The notes under the pieces: generated by a model
What the model was told of the DNA's origin: nothing
What the model saw: the letters and a program-made list of their open reading frames with translations, nothing else
Databases searched by the model: none
Program-made: the position numbers and the translations under genes
Shown: positions 20,274 through 31,101 of the stretch, piece by piece
How the letters are laid out: every line of letters begins with the position of its first letter
Position numbering within the stretch: the stretch's first letter is position 1
Assembly: GCA_041655535.1 (NCBI GenBank)
Contig: JBBAFH010000004.1
Location: 4,276 to 68,275, forward strand
Length of the DNA: 64,000 nucleotides
Reading direction: 5' to 3'
DNA from: Bacilli bacterium
Lineage (GTDB): Bacteria; Bacillota_I; Bacilli_A; RF39; UBA660

Positions 20274-21680
20274 TTATAGTTCTTTTATTTTTAAAAAGTT
20301 TGTTATTTTATTAGCTTCATTAATTGGAAAACCACCAGTTATAACAATTATATCTTTTTCTTTTAAACTCAAAAACTCTTTTGCTCTATTTATCGAATCA
20401 CTAACTATTTCATCTGTTGTTTCGTATGTTGGTACAATAACAGAATAAACTCCCCAGTTAAGCGATAAAGAACGAGCTATTTTTTGAGTTGGGCAACTTG
20501 CTAAAATAAGTGATTTCGGTCTTAAAGAACTGATCTTTTTAGCGGTATAACCACTCATTGTTGCTGCGACAATTACCTTAACATCTAATAGATTAGCATT
20601 AGCAACAACACTAGATGCTATTGCCCCAGTAATATCTGGAACAATTTTACATGTTGTTTGTTTTTTATAATCAATATATTTTTCAGTGTTTTCACAAATA
20701 TCTGACATATATCTTACTGAATCAATCGGATGTTTACCAACAGTTGTTTCACCACTCAACATAACAGCATCAGTACCATCTAACACAGCATTAGCAATAT
20801 CACTAACCTCTGCTCTCGTTGGTCTCGCTCCTTTTTGCATTGATGATAACATTTCAGTTGCAACAATACATATTTTCCCTTTTTTGCGACATTTTTCTAT
20901 GATCATTTTTTGTAATATTGGTAATTCATGAACTGGCATTTCAACACCTAAATCTCCACGAGCAACCATTATTCCATCACTATATTCAATAATTTCATCA
21001 ATGTTTTCAATAGCAGTACTACTCTCGATTTTTGAGATAATTTTCATTGTACTATTATTTTCATTCAAAATTTCCTTTACTACTAATATATCTTCCTTTG
21101 AAGATACAAATGAAAGTGCTAAAAAGTCACCATCATTTTCACACGCATATACAATATCTTCTTTATCTCTATCATTAATAAATGGCATATCCAATTTAAC
21201 ACCCGGAACATTTATTCCTTTACGTTCTCCTAAAACACCACCATTAATAATTTTACACGTAATACCTTCTTTATTTTTTTCGATAACTAATAACTTCATA
21301 AGTCCATCTTCTAATAAGACAATATCATTAATTTTTACCGAATCAAGGGCTTCTTTATAATTAATGGTTATTTTATCAACTGTTCCTAAGATATCCTCTT
21401 TTACTATTTTAATGTTTTTTCCTTCTTCTAAAACTATTTCACCATTTTCTAAGTTTCCAGTTCGAAAATCCGGACCCTTAGTATCAAATAATATAGCCAC
21501 ATTGCTATGTGTTTCTTTATTAATCTTTTTAACAATGGAAATAGTTTCTTCTTTTTCAATATCAGTTGCATGTGAAAAATTAATTCTAGCAACATTCATT
21601 CCACTATCAACCATTTTTAACATTGTTTCATAATTACGACTCGCCGGTCCTATACTACAAATTATCTTTGTTTTTTTCAT
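20274..21680 (-). CDS. pyk: Pyruvate kinase
   Basis: MKKTKIICSIGPAS...MNVARINFSHA and the catalytic MVARGDLGVE motif. Confidence 0.9.
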   Translation of the reverse strand: MKKTKIICSIGPASRNYETMLKMVDSGMNVARINFSHATDIEKEETISIVKKINKETHSNVAILFDTKGPDFRTGNLENGEIVLEEGKNIKIVKEDILGTVDKITINYKEALDSVKINDIVLLEDGLMKLLVIEKNKEGITCKIINGGVLGERKGINVPGVKLDMPFINDRDKEDIVYACENDGDFLALSFVSSKEDILVVKEILNENNSTMKIISKIESSTAIENIDEIIEYSDGIMVARGDLGVEMPVHELPILQKMIIEKCRKKGKICIVATEMLSSMQKGARPTRAEVSDIANAVLDGTDAVMLSGETTVGKHPIDSVRYMSDICENTEKYIDYKKQTTCKIVPDITGAIASSVVANANLLDVKVIVAATMSGYTAKKISSLRPKSLILASCPTQKIARSLSLNWGVYSVIVPTYETTDEIVSDSINRAKEFLSLKEKDIIVITGGFPINEANKITNFLKIKEL

Positions 21681-21728
21681 ATATACTTCTCCTTTTCAAA
21701 AATTAAAGCAATGAAATTTTAACATAAA

Positions 21729-21756
21729 TCAAAAAAAAAAGCAATTATTTGCTTTA
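21729..21756 (-). terminator. Terminator after mutM
   Basis: AAGCAAATAATTGCTT hairpin followed by a U10 run on the minus-strand transcript. Confidence 0.55.
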
Positions 21757-22575
21757 TTTTTGACACTTTTTACAATAGTAAGTTCCGCGTCCTCCTACTT
21801 TTATTTTAATTAGTGTCTCATTACAATCTTTACAAGGTTCTCCTTCTTTACCATGAACTAATAACTCATGTTGAAAAAGGCCGTGTACTCCTTCACTCGA
21901 TGTATAACTTCTAATTGTTGTTCCACCAGCCCTGATTGCTTTTTCCAAAACAATTTTAGTGTTATCTATAATTAATTGAAGTTCTTTTTTAGTTAGATCT
22001 TTAGATTTTTTCAAAGGATTAATTTTGCTTAAAAAAAGTATTTCATCAGCATAAATATTCCCGATTCCAACAATTATTTGTTGATCTAATAAAACTGTTT
22101 TTATAGGGAGACTTTTGTTCTTGTATTTTTCTTTTAAGTAATTGATCGTCAATTTTTCGTCGTTAGGTTCAAGCCCCAATTCATTTAAAGGACGACTATC
22201 GTAAACTTCTTCCTTTTTTATTAAATGCATTTTCCCAAATTTTCTGGTGTCTTGATAACGAAGTTCATAATTATTATCTAATACAAATATAACGTGTTCA
22301 TGTTTGTTTTCAATTGTACCAATTGGCTTAATATTATACTTACCTTCCATTCTTAAATGACTAAGTAAAAAATAATTTTCAAGCTCAAACATTAACCATT
22401 TACCACGACGTTTTATATCGATTATTTGTTGATTTTTAATTTGTTTTATAAATTCACTAACATTTGGAAATTCAATGATTTTGGGATAATTAACTTTGAC
22501 ATCAACAATTTTGTTATTTAGTATTTGTCTTTTCAATGTTTCTTTTACAGTTTCTACTTCTGGTAATTCTGGCAT
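21754..22575 (-). CDS. mutM: Formamidopyrimidine-DNA glycosylase
   Basis: N-terminal MPELPEVE and a C-terminal zinc finger CxxC...CxxC. Confidence 0.9.
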   Translation of the reverse strand: MPELPEVETVKETLKRQILNNKIVDVKVNYPKIIEFPNVSEFIKQIKNQQIIDIKRRGKWLMFELENYFLLSHLRMEGKYNIKPIGTIENKHEHVIFVLDNNYELRYQDTRKFGKMHLIKKEEVYDSRPLNELGLEPNDEKLTINYLKEKYKNKSLPIKTVLLDQQIIVGIGNIYADEILFLSKINPLKKSKDLTKKELQLIIDNTKIVLEKAIRAGGTTIRSYTSSEGVHGLFQHELLVHGKEGEPCKDCNETLIKIKVGGRGTYYCKKCQK

Positions 22576-22589
22576 ATAACACCTTCTTA

Positions 22590-23318
22590 CTATCTTAACT
22601 TAATTTCTTCATCACCAATTATCGTTTTAACATTACTAATCAATCGGTCATTTATTTTACTAAAGTATAATTCAAGGTTATTATCATATTCCCCTTTTAT
22701 TTCAATGGAATCAGATAATACACTACCCATATTTATTAGTTTTATATTATTATCGAAAAAAGAGTTTATCTTATCTTCAAGAATTGGATAATGAGTGCAT
22801 CCTAAAATTAAATATTTAATTTGTTTTGTTTTTAACGGTTCTAAATATTCTTTTATTTTTAAATCACATATTTCAGTATCAACTTGTTCATTTTCAATAA
22901 TCGGAACAAAATCAGGGCATTCCATTGTTATTAAACCATTTATCTTTCTTGAAAATGCATCGCTTTTAATAGTCATACTTGTAGCAATAATTCCAATATT
23001 ATCATAATTAAATTTATTAACATAATCAATTGTTGGACTAATAATATCGATTAATGGAACTTCATATTTATTTTTAAAATCATCATCAATATTAGAACTA
23101 ATTGTTCCACAAGCAATGACAATTATATCGACTTTCTTATCCATTAAAAATTGAATACTCTTATCTGCTAACACGAATAATTCATCTTTACTTTTATTTC
23201 CATATGGCATGTTTTTAGTATCACCAAAATAAATATAATGATTATGAGGATGGGTTTTAATTAATTCTTTTAAAACCGTTAATCCTCCAATACCAGAATC
23301 AAATAGTCCTATTCTCAT
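22590..23318 (-). CDS. murI: Glutamate racemase
   Basis: Motifs GLFDSGIGGLTV and ACGTIS, and later GCTHYP. Confidence 0.9.
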   Translation of the reverse strand: MRIGLFDSGIGGLTVLKELIKTHPHNHYIYFGDTKNMPYGNKSKDELFVLADKSIQFLMDKKVDIIVIACGTISSNIDDDFKNKYEVPLIDIISPTIDYVNKFNYDNIGIIATSMTIKSDAFSRKINGLITMECPDFVPIIENEQVDTEICDLKIKEYLEPLKTKQIKYLILGCTHYPILEDKINSFFDNNIKLINMGSVLSDSIEIKGEYDNNLELYFSKINDRLISNVKTIIGDEEIKLR

Positions 23319-24598
23319 TTTACATTTATTTTATCAAGATTCCCCATATATGGTCTTAGAGTTTCAGGAATATTGACACTTCCATCAGCATTCAAATTAT
23401 TTTCTACAAAAGCAATCAACATACGAGGTGGTGCCACTACAGTATTATTTAAAGTGTGAGCGAAATATTTATTATCGCCATCTTTTACTCTAATACCTAA
23501 TCTTCTACTTTGAGCGTCAGTTAAATTTGAGCAACTACCAACTTCAAAATATTTTTCTTGTCGTGGACTCCAAGCTTCAACGTCTAAACTCTTATATTTT
23601 AAATCAGCTAAATCCCCAGAACAACATTCTAACGTTCTAACCGGTATATCTAAATTTCTAAATAATTCAACAGTATAGTTGTACATTTTGTGATACCATT
23701 CTTCACTTTCTTCTGGTTCACATACAACAACCATTTCTTGTTTTTCAAATTGATGGATTCGGTAAATCCCTCGTTCTTCTAAACCATGAGCACCTTTTTC
23801 TTTTCTAAAACATGGTGAATAACTAGTTAGAGCAATTGGTAATTCAGTTACATCAGTAATCGTATTTTTAAATTTACCAATCATTGAATGCTCACTAGTA
23901 CCAATTAAATATAAATCTTCACCTTCAATTTTGTACATCATCGCATCACGTTCTTCAAAACTCATAACTCCATCAACAACATCACCTCTAATCATAAAAG
24001 GTGGGATAACATATGTAAATCCTTTATCAATCATAAAATCTCTAGCATAAGTTAAAATTGCTGAATGTAGACGTGCTATATCACCAGTTAAATAATAAAA
24101 GCCAGAACCACTAACACGACGAGCACTTTCTAAATCAAGCCCATCTAATTTTTCTAATATATCAACATGATATGGCACTTCAAAATTATATTTGGTTTTT
24201 TCACCAAATGTTTCAACTTCTACATTCTCACTATCATCTTTACCAATTGGTACCGTATCGGCAATAATATTAGGTATTTTCATCATAATATCCTTGATTT
24301 TTTGAGATAATTCAGCTTCTTCAGTTTCTAATTCTTCGATTCTTTTATTAATTTGATTAACTTCTTCTTTTATTTTATTAGCATCATCAACTAATTTTTC
24401 GCGCATTAAAGCACCTATCTCACTAGACTTATTATTTCTAGCGCTTCTTAAATTGTCACCTTCTAATTTTAATTCACGATTTTTTTCATCAAGCACTAAA
24501 ACCTCATCAACTAATGGTAATTTGTGATCTTGAAATTTCTTTTTTATATTTTCTTTAACTAATTCCTTGTTATTTCTAATTAAATTTAAATCTATCAT
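23315..24598 (-). CDS. serS: Seryl-tRNA synthetase
   Basis: Class II aaRS motifs with an N-terminal coiled coil. The true start is MIDLNLIRNN at 24598; the longer ORF extends into the leader. Confidence 0.9.
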   Translation of the reverse strand: MIDLNLIRNNKELVKENIKKKFQDHKLPLVDEVLVLDEKNRELKLEGDNLRSARNNKSSEIGALMREKLVDDANKIKEEVNQINKRIEELETEEAELSQKIKDIMMKIPNIIADTVPIGKDDSENVEVETFGEKTKYNFEVPYHVDILEKLDGLDLESARRVSGSGFYYLTGDIARLHSAILTYARDFMIDKGFTYVIPPFMIRGDVVDGVMSFEERDAMMYKIEGEDLYLIGTSEHSMIGKFKNTITDVTELPIALTSYSPCFRKEKGAHGLEERGIYRIHQFEKQEMVVVCEPEESEEWYHKMYNYTVELFRNLDIPVRTLECCSGDLADLKYKSLDVEAWSPRQEKYFEVGSCSNLTDAQSRRLGIRVKDGDNKYFAHTLNNTVVAPPRMLIAFVENNLNADGSVNIPETLRPYMGNLDKINVK

Positions 24599-24601
24599 AA
24601 T

Positions 24602-24800
24602 ACTCTCCTTTTTTTTGTAAAAAAAGACTATTTGCAGGAGCATAAAAATGCGGTACCATCCTACTAATAGTCTTGATTTTAATAACGGCACGACCGGAAA
24701 TGTTTACATTTCACTCCAGAATAGATTCATAAAAGTTTATTATTAGTTTTCACCAGCTACTAACTCTCTATAAATAATTACTTTTACTACTAGTTTCTTT
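24602..24800 (-). promoter_or_regulatory. T-box riboswitch leader of serS
   Basis: A T-box sequence AGGATGGTACCGC lies within the loop of a terminator hairpin AAGACTATT...AATAGTCTT, followed by U7. Upstream stem I elements include AGAGA and a GAAUCUA candidate Ser specifier. Confidence 0.7.
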
Positions 24801-24824
24801 CAACATTTTATCAATATATTTATA

Positions 24825-24853
24825 ATATTACCATTTATTAAAATTAATGTCAA
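24825..24853 (-). promoter_or_regulatory. serS promoter
   Basis: -35 TTGACA, a 17-nt spacer, -10 TAATAT. Confidence 0.5.
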
Positions 24854-24871
24854 TGACTATTATATTTTATT

Positions 24872-25765
24872 CTATTCAATATGCGGACTCATATGAATAG
24901 TCATATAAGTTATTTTTGCATCATAATTTTTGATTTTTGATTCAATAAGATCAATTGTATCATGAGCAGCATTTAATAATAAGTCATTTTTTAAAATTAC
25001 ATCACCTTCTAATTTGTAATATGGTCCATATTTTAAAATAACCAGTTTTTCAACTCCAATAACATTTGAAGTATTTATAATAATATCATTTATTTGTTTT
25101 AGATATTCTTCATCAGTTACTTGCTCTCCAGTTGTCATACTAATATTTTTTTTAACAATTCCAAATCCAACATTTATAATGAATACACCAACAATAACAC
25201 CTGCAATTTTATCAGAATACTGTAATAATTTATATTTATCAGCAAATTGCATTGCAATTGCTGAAAGCATTACAATTATCGAACTAAGTACATCAGTTGC
25301 GCTCTCTTTACCACTTGCAATTAAAATACTATTATCGTGCTTTTTTCCATTATTAACTAAGAAGCTTGCTAATAACAATTTAGTAATAATAGTTATTAAA
25401 CTAATTATTATAACAATTCGACTTGGATAAGCTATTTGGCTTTTCATCATTTCACTGATTAATGTAAAACCCACTAAAATTATCACTATTCCAATAATTA
25501 AACTTGTTATATATTCGGTCTTACCGTGGCCAAATGGATGTTCGCTATCTGCTGGACGTTTGGCAAAATTATTACCAATGATAGCAATAATATCAGTAAC
25601 CAAATCACTAAAGGAATGAACTCCGTCAGCTATTAATGCCCCAGATGAACCAAGAATACCTGAAGTGATTTTCATAGCAACCAACAAAATATTAACTAAA
25701 AAACTAACAATCATAACTTTTTCTATTTTTCCTATAGAATTTTTTAGTTTATGATTTAAACTCAT
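24872..25765 (-). CDS. Cation diffusion facilitator family transporter (CzcD-like)
   Basis: Six TM helices; motifs HSFSDL and HPFGHGKTE; a C-terminal cytoplasmic domain. Confidence 0.8.
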   Translation of the reverse strand: MSLNHKLKNSIGKIEKVMIVSFLVNILLVAMKITSGILGSSGALIADGVHSFSDLVTDIIAIIGNNFAKRPADSEHPFGHGKTEYITSLIIGIVIILVGFTLISEMMKSQIAYPSRIVIIISLITIITKLLLASFLVNNGKKHDNSILIASGKESATDVLSSIIVMLSAIAMQFADKYKLLQYSDKIAGVIVGVFIINVGFGIVKKNISMTTGEQVTDEEYLKQINDIIINTSNVIGVEKLVILKYGPYYKLEGDVILKNDLLLNAAHDTIDLIESKIKNYDAKITYMTIHMSPHIE

Positions 25766-25786
25766 ACAATAACATCCTCTTTCAAT

Positions 25787-28369
25787 TTATTTTGCTTGGT
25801 ACCAATTTATACCATAATTTATATCAACCTTTAACGGCACTAATAATTTATAAGTGTTTTCCATCGTTGTTTTAACTATTTCAGTTACCGTGTCCAATTC
25901 TGATTCTAAAACATCAAAAATTAACTCATCGTGAACTTGCAAAATCATTTTACTCGTTAAGTTTTTTTGCTTAAATTGATCAGCAATTTCAATCATTGAT
26001 TTTTTAATAATATCAGCACTGGTTCCTTGAATTGGGGTATTTAAAGCAATTCTTTCCCCCTGTTGCCTAATCATATAATTTTTGTTAGATAGTTCTAAAA
26101 TATTACGTTTACGATTAAATAAAGTTTTTACATATCCCTTTTCATATGCCTCTTTAATAGTACTATCCATGTATTCTTTAATTCCCGGATAAGTTGATAA
26201 ATATTCATCAATAAAATCTTTAGCCTCGCTTATCAAAATATCTAAATTTTCAGACAGTCCAAAACTACTGATTCCATATATTATTCCAAAATTAACCGCT
26301 TTTGCAATTCTTCGCATGTTAGAAGTGACTGCATAATCTTCTACCTTGAAAATATCCATGGCAGTCTTTGTATGAATATCCATGTCATTATTAAAAGCTT
26401 CTATTAACGCATTAACCTTAGACATGTGAGCAAGAATACGAAGTTCTATTTGTGAATAATCACAACTTAAGATTAAAGAATTATTGCTTGGAACAAATGC
26501 TTTTCTTATCAGTCTTCCATATTCATAGCGAATTGGAATGTTTTGTAAATTAGGTTCGACTGATGATAAGCGACCTGTTCTAGTTAAAGTTTGATTATAA
26601 ATTGTATGAATTTTATTATCATCCATAACAGTGTTTAATAATCCATCAATATACGTTGTATATAATTTAGTTAATGTCCGATATTCAATAATTTTTTCAA
26701 TTATTGGATGGCTTCCTTTTAGTTTATTTAAAACATCGATAGCTGTTGAATAACCTGTTTTGCCTTTTTTACCATGCTTAAGTCCCAATCTTTCAAACAA
26801 AATTTCTCCTAATTGGCTAGGTGATGATATATTAAAAACTACACCTGCGTCATTATAAATATCATTACTTAGCAATTCGATTTTTATTCTAATTTCTTCA
26901 CCCATTGAACTTAAAATGTTTTTATCAACATTAACACCGTCCAATTCCATATTAGCAAGTACTGTCGCTAATGGTAGATCAATCTCATTATATAGTTTCA
27001 ATGTTTCTTCTTGTTTCATTTTATCATGAAGCATATCACGTGTTTCATAAATAAATTTGGCTTTTACAATAGCATTATATGCGATATTAGAAATATCGGG
27101 TCTAACAAATTTAGTTTTACCGTAAACCTTATCGTAAAAAGGAATTTCATAATTCATTTGATTAGCCATATAAGCAATATCATCTTTTACATTATAATCT
27201 AATAAATATCCAGCGAGCATCGTATCAAAAACAATATTATCGATTTCAATTTCTTGCCTTTTTAGTGACACATACATTTTTTTTATATCATAAGTATATT
27301 TATTATTGTTTCTTAAAAAATCAGGGTTTTTAAGCAATACTTCTTTTGGTATAAAAAAACTGTTTTGTTCATTATAAACACCAAGTCCTAAAATTTCACT
27401 TTGATGATAATTAACACCTAAAACCTCTAAATATATAGCACACGTTCCATCAATTTTAATATCTTTAACATTACTTATTATATTAACTTTTATCTCTTTA
27501 TTGTTTTTAACTTCTTCTTTTTTCAAAAACGAATAAAATTCTAATTCTTCATAAATTTTATTTAAAGCTTCACGATCACCACTCGTATATAATATATCAT
27601 CAATACATATTTCCATCGGAACATCTTTTACAATTGTTGCTAATTCATAACTTAAGTATGCATTTTCTTTATCCTCTATTAGTTTTTCTTTAAGTTTTCC
27701 TTTTATGTTATCAATGTTTTTGTAAACGTTGTCTAAACTTCCATATTCTTGTAATAATTTTAGGGCTGTTTTTTCTCCAATTCCTTTTACACCAGGAATG
27801 TTATCAGAGGGATCTCCTTGTAAAGCTTTTAAATCAATAACCTTTATTGGTTCAATTCCGTATTCTTCAAAAAAATTCTTGTCATTATATCTAATATAAT
27901 CTTTTTGTTTTAATAATTTAATATCTACATCAGTTGATATTAATTGCAATAAGTCTCTATCACTACTAACTATTGTCCCAATATATTTGCTTTTCTCATC
28001 ACAATACTTAGAAAAAGTTCCAATAATATCATCTGCTTCATAATCATCTATTTCATAATATTTAACACCCATATGAGTTAATATTTCTTTAGCAAGCGGA
28101 AATTGTTTTTTTAATTCATCAGGTGTTTCACTACGACCGGCTTTATATTTATCATATTTGTCATGGCGAAAAGTCCTACCCTTATCAAAGGCTACGATCA
28201 TATAAATCGGTTTTTCTTCATTGATTATTTTATTAATCATATTGACAAAACCATATATAGCATTAGTTGGAAAACCTTTGCTATTTTGCATAAAATTGCC
28301 ATTGTAGGCAGTTGCATAATAACTCCTAAATAATAAATTGTTACCATCGACCATGATTATTTTTTCCAT
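25787..28369 (-). CDS. polA: DNA polymerase I
   Basis: 860 aa. N-terminal 5'-3' exonuclease motifs (VDGNNLLFRSYYA) and the C-terminal polymerase motifs (DYSQIELR, QVHDEL). Confidence 0.9.
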   Translation of the reverse strand: MEKIIMVDGNNLLFRSYYATAYNGNFMQNSKGFPTNAIYGFVNMINKIINEEKPIYMIVAFDKGRTFRHDKYDKYKAGRSETPDELKKQFPLAKEILTHMGVKYYEIDDYEADDIIGTFSKYCDEKSKYIGTIVSSDRDLLQLISTDVDIKLLKQKDYIRYNDKNFFEEYGIEPIKVIDLKALQGDPSDNIPGVKGIGEKTALKLLQEYGSLDNVYKNIDNIKGKLKEKLIEDKENAYLSYELATIVKDVPMEICIDDILYTSGDREALNKIYEELEFYSFLKKEEVKNNKEIKVNIISNVKDIKIDGTCAIYLEVLGVNYHQSEILGLGVYNEQNSFFIPKEVLLKNPDFLRNNNKYTYDIKKMYVSLKRQEIEIDNIVFDTMLAGYLLDYNVKDDIAYMANQMNYEIPFYDKVYGKTKFVRPDISNIAYNAIVKAKFIYETRDMLHDKMKQEETLKLYNEIDLPLATVLANMELDGVNVDKNILSSMGEEIRIKIELLSNDIYNDAGVVFNISSPSQLGEILFERLGLKHGKKGKTGYSTAIDVLNKLKGSHPIIEKIIEYRTLTKLYTTYIDGLLNTVMDDNKIHTIYNQTLTRTGRLSSVEPNLQNIPIRYEYGRLIRKAFVPSNNSLILSCDYSQIELRILAHMSKVNALIEAFNNDMDIHTKTAMDIFKVEDYAVTSNMRRIAKAVNFGIIYGISSFGLSENLDILISEAKDFIDEYLSTYPGIKEYMDSTIKEAYEKGYVKTLFNRKRNILELSNKNYMIRQQGERIALNTPIQGTSADIIKKSMIEIADQFKQKNLTSKMILQVHDELIFDVLESELDTVTEIVKTTMENTYKLLVPLKVDINYGINWYQAK

Positions 28370-28437
28370 ATTTTCACCTAATCTAATTATAACATAATTA
28401 AAGAATATTAAAAAATAAAAAAAGTACCATTTGGTAC

Positions 28438-30732
28438 TTATTCTAAACTTTGAGTTGTATTTTCTGTTTCTAAATTTTGATTTAATTCTGGTTTTTCTAA
28501 AGTTGTATCAGTTTCTACAGGTTTCTCTTCTTCTGCAACTGGGCCTCCTGGAATTTCTTCAACTGGTCCAGTTGGTTCTTGTTGAACAACTATTTCTTCA
28601 ATAAACTTTATTTGTAAACTCTTATCAATTAAATCATATAAACTAGTTCCCGGATTTTTGCTTTGATAAATTACTTTACCAATTTGGGATTTACTATAAT
28701 CCGGATCATCTTCCTTCACTTGTACTTCATCTACCAAAATACTTATTTTATATTTTTTTAACCAATTTTTGAAAGCAACATAATCTCCACCAACAAAGTT
28801 TGGTAATATGCATAAACTGTGTTCTTTGTTTTCTTCCATTGAACAGTCTGGAATAGTTTGTGGCGTTTCAACAATATTCAATATCTCAACAATATCCACT
28901 TTAATATCTCTAACATAACTTATATCCATATTAGCATATGGCGTTTGAGCAGTAACTGAACCAACGGTGTGTGACGGATTACTTGAAGTAATATAATTTT
29001 TAACTACTTTAAATCCATGTTTTTTTGCGTATGTATCTACTGTTGCCTCGCTACTTCCAATAAAGTTAGGCAATAATGAAAGCCTTGATTCATTATAATT
29101 ACCTTTACCAACAACATTTTCAGTATATGGTTCATTAATATCAAAACTTAATGTTTTAATAACTTTCGCTTCTTTTTCTCCTAAATTTATTTTCATTGCA
29201 TTAGTAATATCTCTAACACTACCTTTATAAGGTATAAAGTTGTAAAGATTCATTCTCATACCTTGATTATCAAACGCACTGTAGTCCATAATATGCTCAC
29301 TGTAACCACTAATATATAGTCTTTGGAAGCCTAATACTTCTTCAACTTTCATAGCTTTTGTTTTGTCTAAAACATCTTTTCCAATATTATAGAACGATAA
29401 AATTTCAGAAGTTTGCATATTTGTTTCCATATTCAAACTAACTACATCTAATAAATCATAAATCATATCAATACTTTTTAAGTTTTTGAGCTTATTAAGA
29501 ATTCCTTTTATAACTAATTGTTGGTTTTGTCCACGAACGAAATCATTAGTACCTGCATTTCCCCATGCACTACCACAAATATTGCTATTGTCATTACGGT
29601 TACGAGAAAGTGCTAAAGCTTCTTCCCCATTCAAAGTCTTTAATCCCTTTTTTAAATATATTGTGTTCTTCCCCCAACGGCGATTACTATCTTGTTCACA
29701 AAAACTATAAGGCACATCAACCTCTACTCCACCAAGAGCATCTACTAATTTCACAACACCTTTAAAATTAATTTTAAAATAATAATCAATAGTAACATCC
29801 AAAAAGTTTTCTATAGTTTTAGTCATACAATCTTCCCCATACCAGGCTGCATGAGTTATTTTGTTTTTTCTTTGATTGTTAAAGCAAGCAATTGGAACAT
29901 AGCTATCCCTTGGGATACTAACAATTGTTGTCTTTAAAGTTTTAGGATTAAAAGTCAAAACCATTAAAGCATCACCATTAAATGTTCCAGAACTTATATT
30001 TTCAGCTTCTGAGTCTACTCCCATTAACAACATGGTAAAAGGTTTATCAATAGATTTCCCACGATTACTAATTTTTCTTTCAATCATTTTTTCTTTAGTA
30101 TAAATAACTTTAGTTTTGTCTAATATTGGTTTTATTGTTTCTATACTTTGAAACATGATTTTATAATTAGTTGGTAAAAAGATATATAACACTTCACCTT
30201 TATCCAACGCCTCAATAAGAGATGCATAACTATCAAAATATACAACTTCATTTTTTAGTTTTTTTTCTTTTATAATGTCTTTGGCAATTTGATAACCATC
30301 AATGCTTTTTTCATCACTCAATATTCCTATTTTAGAATCTCCTATTTTTCCAATAGATGAGACACTATTTTCATGATCAGTTATTAAACTAGTTGAATAC
30401 ATTGTATGATTATTACTAATATTACTTAATTTTGAATATACTTTATTAAAGTTTAAATATATTACAAAAGAGATAATAATATATATCGATATTCCTGTTA
30501 AAAAGAATATATAATTTTTTTTCTTGTTTTTAATTAAAACCTTAATAGCTAACCAAGCAAATAATAACCAAATTAATATAATAACAATACTACCAACAAT
30601 TCTGAGTACTGTTTCAATCCCAGTTAGCAATGAAATGGAATAAATTAAATGAATATTTACAGCAGCAAGTAATACTATTAAAATAGCAATTGTTCTAAAA
30701 GCACGGATATTTTTCATTATTTTTTCTAACAT
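28438..30732 (-). CDS. LytR-CpsA-Psr (LCP) family protein with N-terminal TM helices and C-terminal PASTA-like repeats
   Basis: LCP core: LLMGVDS...SIPRDSYV...LVDALGGVEVDV. The start is chosen at ATG 30732 with a GGAGG ribosome-binding site; the longer ORF runs to 30840. Confidence 0.75.
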   Translation of the reverse strand: MLEKIMKNIRAFRTIAILIVLLAAVNIHLIYSISLLTGIETVLRIVGSIVIILIWLLFAWLAIKVLIKNKKKNYIFFLTGISIYIIISFVIYLNFNKVYSKLSNISNNHTMYSTSLITDHENSVSSIGKIGDSKIGILSDEKSIDGYQIAKDIIKEKKLKNEVVYFDSYASLIEALDKGEVLYIFLPTNYKIMFQSIETIKPILDKTKVIYTKEKMIERKISNRGKSIDKPFTMLLMGVDSEAENISSGTFNGDALMVLTFNPKTLKTTIVSIPRDSYVPIACFNNQRKNKITHAAWYGEDCMTKTIENFLDVTIDYYFKINFKGVVKLVDALGGVEVDVPYSFCEQDSNRRWGKNTIYLKKGLKTLNGEEALALSRNRNDNSNICGSAWGNAGTNDFVRGQNQQLVIKGILNKLKNLKSIDMIYDLLDVVSLNMETNMQTSEILSFYNIGKDVLDKTKAMKVEEVLGFQRLYISGYSEHIMDYSAFDNQGMRMNLYNFIPYKGSVRDITNAMKINLGEKEAKVIKTLSFDINEPYTENVVGKGNYNESRLSLLPNFIGSSEATVDTYAKKHGFKVVKNYITSSNPSHTVGSVTAQTPYANMDISYVRDIKVDIVEILNIVETPQTIPDCSMEENKEHSLCILPNFVGGDYVAFKNWLKKYKISILVDEVQVKEDDPDYSKSQIGKVIYQSKNPGTSLYDLIDKSLQIKFIEEIVVQQEPTGPVEEIPGGPVAEEEKPVETDTTLEKPELNQNLETENTTQSLE

Positions 30733-30923
30733 TTTTAAATTTACCTCCAAATCAACAATAACATTATATACTTTTTTCAAATAATAAACAAGAAAATGTT
30801 TTTCAAAATTATAAGTTGACACAATTATTAATATTAACAAATTTTATTTATCTATTGTTATTTAAATAAAATCTCTTCAAATTATTGATTTTAATTAATA
30901 TGTTTGATATAATTCATACACAT

Positions 30924-30997
30924 GGGTCTATAGCCAAGTGGTAAGGCATGGGACTGCAACTCCCTGATCGTTGGTTCAAATCCGACTAGGCCCTCCA
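30924..30997 (+). tRNA. tRNA-Cys (GCA)
   Basis: 74-nt cloverleaf: acceptor GGGTCTA/TAGGCCC, anticodon loop CTGCAAC, T-arm GTTGGTTCAAATCCGAC, 3' CCA encoded. Confidence 0.8.
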
Positions 30998-31036
30998 AAT
31001 TAAAAATAATTCCTATTTGGAATAAAATAAAAAAAT

Positions 31037-31060
31037 CGTGTGATAGAACACGGTTTTTAT
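31037..31060 (+). terminator. Terminator after tRNA-Cys
   Basis: CGTGTGATAGAACACG hairpin followed by T5. Confidence 0.5.
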
Positions 31061-31101
31061 TTTATTAAATTTGCTGTATAATACTTATTATGAGGTGTTA
31101 T

